Of a DNA stretch of 64,000 nucleotides, positions 58,561 through 64,000 are shown piece after piece (within the stretch, counting starts at the first letter, position 1; every line of letters begins with the position of its first letter). The stretch is from the NCBI GenBank assembly GCA_963555995.3, contig OY821641.1, positions 1,824,001-1,888,000 on the forward strand, written 5' to 3'. Made by a program: the position numbers and the translations under genes. The stretch comes from Vicinamibacteria bacterium (lineage in GTDB: Bacteria > Acidobacteriota > Vicinamibacteria > Marinacidobacterales > Marinacidobacteraceae). The notes beneath the pieces are model-generated. The model had not been told where the DNA came from. It saw only the letters and a program-made list of their open reading frames with translations, and made no database searches.

Positions 58561-58726
58561 GGCTTGGAACGCCGGCTTCAGCCGGCACCCGCTGCGCGGA
58601 GCGCAGCGGACGGCACGACGCTGGTGCGCCCGACGGCGTTCGGCTCTCCGTCCATCACCGCGCACCGCGGTACGACGTCCGCGAGCCTTCGGCTCGCTGT
58701 GCCGGCTGAAGCCGGCGTTCCAAGCC
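58561..58726. repeat. REPIN-like element (type A, interior II)
   Basis: Perfect 28-bp terminal inverted repeats between convergent genes. Confidence 0.85.
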
Positions 58727-58754
58727 GTCTCCGCCATTTTCGTGACGCGCGGGG

Positions 58755-59708
58755 TCATCCGAACGCTTCGAGTAGCCGCCGCCAGTTCTCGCGTTCGCGC
58801 TCGGGGCTGAACAGCGGGGCGCGCGCCGCGCCGTGCCGCGTGAGGTGCTCGAGGAAACCCGGCTCACGCTCCGCGCGCCGCAGGAGGCCCCGGAGTTCCC
58901 CGGTGTCTTCGGGCCGGAAATAGCCCGGGTGGTCCGGACCGAGTAGCCCGACGTTTCCGGGGATCCGGGACGCGGTGACCGGGAGCCCGGCGGCCACCGC
59001 CTCCGACACCACGTTGGCTCCCCCCTCCGTCAGCGACGAGATCACCATGAGGTGCGCCCGTTCGTAGAGCCGCCGCACGCGCCAGGCCGGGACTTCGCCC
59101 AGCCACCGGTAGCGCGGGTTGCGCGCCATTTCACGGCGCGCGGCTTCCGCCCATTCGGGGTCCCGCGCTCCCCCGGCGTGGAGGACCCGCAGGCGCGAGT
59201 CCGCCGGCATCCCCCGCGCCGCCCAGGCCGTTCGCAGCGGGTCCTTCTCCCGGCGGAGGTGCCCCACGACGCACACGTCGAAGGTCCGTTTCGAGGGACG
59301 GCGCTCCACGCTCCCGCCTGAGACCGACTGGTGCACCACGCGCACCCGGGCGCGGAATTCCGGCGGCAGCGCCTCCCCGACCAGGTCGTGCAGCCCGACG
59401 AGCACGTCGGCGCATTCGAGCGACGGACGGGTGGTCTCCGGCTCCGTCTGCAGGAACCCGTAGATGTCCGTCCCGGTCAGCGCCACGATCAGCGGGCGGG
59501 TGGGAAAACGCGCCCGGAAGCGGCCGATCGAAGCGGCGCTCCGCCAGGCGTGGAGGGCGATCATCGCGTCCGCGGATACCCCGTCCCAGGCCGTCCGGAC
59601 AGCCACCCGGTGGCCGAGCGACCGCAGCAGCGCCGCCCAGCGCCTCGCGGTGATCCGGTTCCCGAAGCGGGACCGCGCGCCCGCGGGGGTTACTAGAATG
59701 ATTCGCAC
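58755..59708 (-). CDS. senB: Selenosugar synthase SenB (TIGR04348-type glycosyltransferase)
   Basis: MRIILVTP...GNRITARRWA, ALHAWRSAASI, ALTGTDIY, VGHLRREKDP, SLTEGGANVVSEA and GNVGLLG; adjacent to an EgtB-like gene. Confidence 0.85.
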   Translation of the reverse strand: MRIILVTPAGARSRFGNRITARRWAALLRSLGHRVAVRTAWDGVSADAMIALHAWRSAASIGRFRARFPTRPLIVALTGTDIYGFLQTEPETTRPSLECADVLVGLHDLVGEALPPEFRARVRVVHQSVSGGSVERRPSKRTFDVCVVGHLRREKDPLRTAWAARGMPADSRLRVLHAGGARDPEWAEAARREMARNPRYRWLGEVPAWRVRRLYERAHLMVISSLTEGGANVVSEAVAAGLPVTASRIPGNVGLLGPDHPGYFRPEDTGELRGLLRRAEREPGFLEHLTRHGAARAPLFSPERERENWRRLLEAFG

Positions 59709-59728
59709 GGGCGGACCCTGCCTCCAGC

Positions 59729-61024
59729 ATGACCCAGCGCGTTCCCACAGATCGTCTCGCCGCCATCATGGAAGACGCCCACCGTCGCAGCATCGCGCTG
59801 ACCGCGGACCTCGACGACGACCAGTTGATGGGGCCGCGGTCGCCCATCGTGAATCCGCTCAGGTGGGAGATCGGGCACGTCGCGTGGTTCTACGAGAACT
59901 TCATCCTGCGCGGCCTCTACGGGCACGCAGCGATCCTCCCGCAAGGAGACGAACTGTACGACTCGGCAACCGTCCTCCAGGACACGCGCCGGGCGCTGCC
60001 GCTCCTCGGCATCGAGGAAACGATCCACTACGCCGAGACCGTCAGGGACCGCTGTCTCGAACGGCTCGCTCCGGGTACGGCCAGCGAGCGGGACAGCTTC
60101 ATGTACCAGTTCGCCACCTTCCACGAGGACATGCACACCGAGGCGTACATCTACTCCCGGCAGACCCTCGGCTACCCGGCGCCGCGGCTGGGCCGAAGCC
60201 CCGCCCGGGAACCGTCCGGCAGTTGCCCCGGCGACGCCTCCGTTCCCGGCGGGACCTTCCGGCTGGGAGCGGAGCGGGACGCGCCCTTCCGCTACGACAA
60301 CGAGAAGTGGGCGCATCCCGTGCGCGTAGAGCCGTTTTCGATCGCGAGGGCGCCGGTCACGAACGCGGAGTTCGCCGAGTTTGTCGAAGCCGGGGGTTAC
60401 CGGAAGCGGGAGTTCTGGAGCGAGGCGGGCTGGACCTGGCGGGAACGGGCCGGCGCCTCCCGCCCCGTCTATTGGCTCTCCGGCGGGGAGCACGGGTTCC
60501 GGGTGCGGCGCTTCGACGGGATCACGCCCCTGCCGCCCGCCGAGCCGGTCATCCACGTCAACTGGTTCGAGGCGAACGCCTGGTGCGCCTGGGCCGGCCG
60601 GCGGCTGCCCACCGAGATCGAGTGGGAGGCCGCCGCGCTCGGGGAACCCGACGGCGACCGGCTGGCTCCGACCAAAAGGACGTACCCGTGGGGCGAGGCG
60701 CCTCCCGAAGCCCACCGCGCGAACCTGGACGCCTGGGCGCTCGGATGCCTCGACGTGGGAGCGCTTCCCGAGGGGGACAGCGCCTTCGGCTGCCGGCAGA
60801 TGCTCGGCAACGTCTGGGAGTGGACGGCGGACACCTTCAGGCCCTTCCCCGGTTTCCGCCCCGACTCCTACCGGGACTATTCCGAAAGTCGGTTCCACCG
60901 GACGAAGGTTCTGCGCGGCGGCGCCTGGGCCACCCGCGGCCGGCTGCTGACCGGCCGCTACCGCAACTTCTTCGGCCCGGAACGCCGCGACATCATCGCG
61001 GGGTTCCGGACCGTGCGGACGTAG
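59729..61024 (+). CDS. senA: Selenoneine synthase SenA (EgtB homolog; DinB + FGE-sulfatase domains)
   Basis: VNPLRWEIGHVAWFYE, LYDS, FHEDMHTEA (metal His), DNEKWAH, GNVWEW and YRNFF..RRDI.AGFR. Confidence 0.85.
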   Translation: MTQRVPTDRLAAIMEDAHRRSIALTADLDDDQLMGPRSPIVNPLRWEIGHVAWFYENFILRGLYGHAAILPQGDELYDSATVLQDTRRALPLLGIEETIHYAETVRDRCLERLAPGTASERDSFMYQFATFHEDMHTEAYIYSRQTLGYPAPRLGRSPAREPSGSCPGDASVPGGTFRLGAERDAPFRYDNEKWAHPVRVEPFSIARAPVTNAEFAEFVEAGGYRKREFWSEAGWTWRERAGASRPVYWLSGGEHGFRVRRFDGITPLPPAEPVIHVNWFEANAWCAWAGRRLPTEIEWEAAALGEPDGDRLAPTKRTYPWGEAPPEAHRANLDAWALGCLDVGALPEGDSAFGCRQMLGNVWEWTADTFRPFPGFRPDSYRDYSESRFHRTKVLRGGAWATRGRLLTGRYRNFFGPERRDIIAGFRTVRT

Positions 61025-61034
61025 CGGTTCGGGT

Positions 61035-61472
61035 CTATTCGTCCGGGGCGCCCGGGTACACCCGCTCGCCCTCGTAGTCCCTCAGACCGCAGAAACCGAC
61101 GACTTCGTATCCGTTTGCCTGTAGCAGCTCCGCGGCACGCGCGGCTCTTCCGCCACCCTGTCAAGCGGTGAGGATGGGAACTCCGGCCGGGAGTTCGCCG
61201 ATCCTCGCCTCCAGTTCATCGATCGGAATGTGGACGAAGCCGTCAATCGTGCCGTGCTCGGCGAGTTCCTCGTCGGTGCGGACGTCGAGCAGCAGCGCGC
61301 CGTTCGTGAGGGCGGCGTCAATGTCCGCCGCCTCGACCCGGGGAGCCGGCTCCGGGGCCGGCGCTTCCGCGGCGGGAGCGGGGGCCTCGGCGGGAGGCTC
61401 TCCACCTCCGCAACCCGAGGCGACGGCCGCGACCGCGAGTCCGACGCCGGTCAGCAGGAAGAGTTTTCGCAT
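61035..61472 (-). CDS. Rhodanese-domain lipoprotein, predicted selenoprotein (in-frame TGA = Sec104)
   Basis: GGAGG RBS, lipobox ASGC and LLDVRT. The frame continues past TGA (61161-61163) as ILTA-U-QGGGRAARAAELLQANGYEVVGFCGLRDYEGERVYPGAPDE*. Confidence 0.85.
61130..61147 (-). promoter_or_regulatory. Putative SECIS hairpin of rhodanese 1
   Basis: GAGCCGCGCGTGCCGCGG begins 13 nt 3' of the UGA; CCGCG/CGCGG stem with a CGUGC loop; identical in the paralog. Confidence 0.6.
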
Positions 61473-61491
61473 CGTGGACCTCCGTTGAGAA

Positions 61492-61833
61492 TCAATCGAG
61501 CGGCCGGTACTCCCGGTCACCCGCGTACTGCTTGAGGCCGCAGAAACCCACGACCTCGAATCCCGCGTTCTCCAGAATGGCCGCGGCACGCGCGGCTCGT
61601 GGTCCCACCATTCAGGTGGTGAGGACCGGACGGTCACGCGGCAGCTCGTCCACTCGGTCCGCCAGCTCTCCGAGATGGATGTGGACCGCGCCGGGAATCG
61701 TCCCCGATTCGGCCAATTCGAGCGCGGTGCGCACGTCCAGCAGGAGCACCTTTTCGTCGCGCAGCACCTCGTCAATCTGACCGGCGGCGACGAACGGCGC
61801 CCGCGTCCCGAGCGCGCGCCCCATCAGGCTCAT
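61492..61833 (-). CDS. Rhodanese-domain protein, predicted selenoprotein (in-frame TGA = Sec74)
   Basis: LLDVRT..GTIPGAVHI. The frame continues past TGA (61612-61614) as VLTT-U-MVGPRAARAAAILENAGFEVVGFCGLKQYAGDREYRPLD*. Confidence 0.85.
61580..61598 (-). promoter_or_regulatory. Putative SECIS hairpin of rhodanese 2
   Basis: GAGCCGCGCGTGCCGCGGC; 6-bp GCCGCG/CGCGGC stem at the same distance from the UGA as in the paralog. Confidence 0.6.
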
Positions 61834-61979
61834 GTTGCGAGCGTATCAGGGGGGAGTCCGAGCCACCGGGAACTCGTGAGTTCGCTGTCTCGCCTCCCTG
61901 CGGACCCTCACCGGGAGAAACCGCCATGAGGCGGGTCCTCCGGCACACGCCGCCGGTCATGAAAATGTCTGAAGCAGCC

Positions 61980-62233
61980 GGGAACGCCGGTCTTCAGACC
62001 GGCACGCGCTGCGCGACAGCGCAGCGCACGGCACAACGCTTCCGCGTGCGATGGCCCTCGGCTCTCGGATCATCACCGTGAACACCTGCACGACATCCGC
62101 GGGCCTCCGGCCCGCGGTGCCGGTCTGAAGACCGGCGTTCCCAGCCGGCGTCGCCACTTCCGCTGGTTGACGTCGCGCCGGAACCGCATTTTCACAGCAA
62201 CCGGGGCGATGCCGGCCGGAGGCCGGCACTCCG
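61980..62233. repeat. REPIN-like element (type B, interior II) plus a type-C arm
   Basis: Inverted pair at 61980-62146; TGCCGGCCGGAGGCCGGCACTCCG at about 62210-62233. Confidence 0.82.
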
Positions 62234-62242
62234 AGGCGCCGA

Positions 62243-64000
62243 TCACTCCCGCCCCAACGCGCGGGCTTCGGCGAGGAAGCCTTCGTAGATGGCGCGGGCC
62301 TCGTCGAACTGGGCGTACACATGGGCCTGCTCGGCCTCGGAACGCCAGTACTCCCATCCCTCGGCCATCGCGCGCAGCCGATCAATCCAGCGGATCGAGT
62401 ACTCGGCGGCGGCGGCGCTCCGCACCGGCTGGTCCCCCGCCCGGACCCAGACGGGATTCGTGAACGCCTGCGCGTAGCCGCAGTCCAGCGGGCGCGCCTC
62501 GTCGGGCGACCCCTCCGCGCGGAGGATCAGCCAACCGCTCCGGTCCATCGGAACCCATCCGGTGGCCCGCGCCGAGCGCCGGTCCTCCGAGAGCGGCACC
62601 TCCGCGACGTCCTCTCCCCCGGAGACCACCCAGGCGCGTTCGAGCGGCGTCGGGGAGCGCACCCAGGCGCTCCACTCCACCTCGCCCCCCGCGTCGGGAA
62701 GCTGGACGTCGTCTCCCGGAATGCGTCCGTTCACCCGGAAGTCGAGGACCGGCCCGCAGCTCACGAAGGCGCGTCCCTCCCGGATCCCTTCGAGGAAGGC
62801 GCCGAGGTCCAGGCCCCGTTCTCCGGTGTGCACGTAGGTGCGGACCGACCCCACCAGCTTGGACCGTTGCATGTTGCTGATGGAGTCCTCCCCGCCCACC
62901 GCGGTGACCCGGAGACCGTTGTTCATCGTGGCGTACCAGGGGAAGAAACCGGAGCGCGACGCCGAGGACCACTCGACGGCGTCCGTCATGCCGAGCGCCG
63001 CGTCCACCATGTACCCCTTCGCGCCCCCGAGGCTCCCCGGGCTCCCGTCGGGAGCGACCAGGGGATCGTTCTCGCCGAAGAAGGCGTGCACGTAGCCGAC
63101 GGTCGCGCCCTGGGCCTTCGCCTTCCGGAACATGTCGGTGTTGGACGGGTAGAGGCTCTCGATCCCGGTGCCCTCGTAGCCCGTCGTATAGGGCGAGATC
63201 AGGTGCTCCTCCAGCCCGAAGTAGAAGACATGGCCGTAGAACGGGGGCCGGTACTCCTGGCCCACGACCAGCACCATCTCGTCGGTCGAGAGCGGGTGGG
63301 CGCCGCCGCCGGGCACGAAGTGCTGGTAGTCGAGGATCCGGTTGTCCTTGTTGGCGATCTGTTCGAGGACCACGTCCTGGTCCTCGGCGGCGGACATGAA
63401 CATCAGGTTCTCCAGCGTGTTGTGGAGGTTGCCGGCGTAGTTCATGTGGACGTGGGTCGAGCCGCTCCACCACCCCTTGGCCGCCATGTCGGTGATCCGG
63501 GGCAGCCGCAGCGTCAGTTCGCTGACGTCGCCCGCGGCGATCTCGACGCTGGCGGTCACCGGCTCGTACTCGAAACCGCGCACCGCTTCGATTTCGAGCG
63601 GCCCGACCGGAAGCTCCATCCGGAAGCTCCCCGCCTGGTGGAAGGAGTGCTCCCCGGCCCCGCCGATCCGGGCGAAGGCGTCCGGCGGGGCATAGAAGCG
63701 GCCGTCGGCGGCGGTGAGGTGGATCCGCGAGGCGACCTCCTCGCCGGTCGCGCCGTCCACGGTGCGCACCGAGAGCACCCCCATGGGCCGGCTCCAGTTC
63801 CGCCGGGTAATCTCGACGACGCGCCGCTTCCCGCCGTAGGTCTCGAGGAGCGCGAGCTGCGGCAGCCCCCCCGCGTTGTCAATGTAGGCGATCCACTCGC
63901 CGTCCGGCGACCAGCGCGGATGGAAGGCGTCGTGCTGGAAGAAGGTCAGCTTGTAGGGCGAGCCGCCGTCGGTCGGCTGCACGTAGAGGTTCGAGAACTG
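62243..64000 (-). CDS. CehA/McbA-family (PHP-like) metallohydrolase with N-terminal PD40/TolB-like repeats, 5'-partial
   Basis: HPRWSPDGEWIAY, WWSGSTHVHMNY, GQEYR..GH, GYVH, GGEDS..GSVRTY and AFTNPVWV. Confidence 0.8.
   Translation of the reverse strand, partial: QFSNLYVQPTDGGSPYKLTFFQHDAFHPRWSPDGEWIAYIDNAGGLPQLALLETYGGKRRVVEITRRNWSRPMGVLSVRTVDGATGEEVASRIHLTAADGRFYAPPDAFARIGGAGEHSFHQAGSFRMELPVGPLEIEAVRGFEYEPVTASVEIAAGDVSELTLRLPRITDMAAKGWWSGSTHVHMNYAGNLHNTLENLMFMSAAEDQDVVLEQIANKDNRILDYQHFVPGGGAHPLSTDEMVLVVGQEYRPPFYGHVFYFGLEEHLISPYTTGYEGTGIESLYPSNTDMFRKAKAQGATVGYVHAFFGENDPLVAPDGSPGSLGGAKGYMVDAALGMTDAVEWSSASRSGFFPWYATMNNGLRVTAVGGEDSISNMQRSKLVGSVRTYVHTGERGLDLGAFLEGIREGRAFVSCGPVLDFRVNGRIPGDDVQLPDAGGEVEWSAWVRSPTPLERAWVVSGGEDVAEVPLSEDRRSARATGWVPMDRSGWLILRAEGSPDEARPLDCGYAQAFTNPVWVRAGDQPVRSAAAAEYSIRWIDRLRAMAEGWEYWRSEAEQAHVYAQFDEARAIYEGFLAEARALGRE

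Noticed and set aside
10677-58923. Short ORFs containing MERRLQPA / WNAGFSRH / GSAGLQTG
   Set aside because: These are translations of the REP arms, not independent genes. The same artefact lengthens the ORF-track starts of ligA, modA and the TPR gene at 29249.
61035-61833. Rhodanese genes as pseudogenes with premature stops
   Set aside because: Two paralogs have TGA at the same catalytic position with conserved downstream coding and an identical hairpin, which fits Sec recoding better than decay.
9528-62233. Recurring 24-28 bp repeats read as a CRISPR array
   Set aside because: Copies are dispersed and mostly inverted pairs with homologous interiors rather than direct repeats with unique spacers; no cas genes are present.

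Overview
A very GC-rich bacterial window with almost no intergenic space. GWxTD, CRTAC1/ASPIC-UnbV, TPR and CehA/McbA-type genes suggest an Acidobacteriota-like genome (inference). It mixes housekeeping genes (AddA-like helicase, LeuA-family synthase, fabI, ligA, lysA, modABC) with secreted hydrolases and four toxin-antitoxin-like pairs. About 14 intergenic loci carry REP/REPIN-like palindromic elements. The best candidate for an undescribed system is at 58.7-61.9 kb. There the selenoneine genes senB and senA lie beside two tandem rhodanese genes that the ORF track shows as truncated. Each has an in-frame TGA exactly at the catalytic-Cys position (U-x-x-G-x-R), followed by an identical 18-nt SECIS-like hairpin and a homologous C-terminal tail. 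They are probably selenocysteine rhodaneses, one a lipoprotein and one cytoplasmic. Other oddities: an apparent AddB-AddA fusion whose AddA nuclease is split off and degenerate, a LigD with a dead ligase motif, a LigA with a duplicated HhH module, and a deletion junction joining a TonB-DUF1326 gene to a sulfite-oxidase-family fragment. I saw no rRNA, tRNA, CRISPR array or transposase. All family calls come from motif recognition by eye, not database searches.
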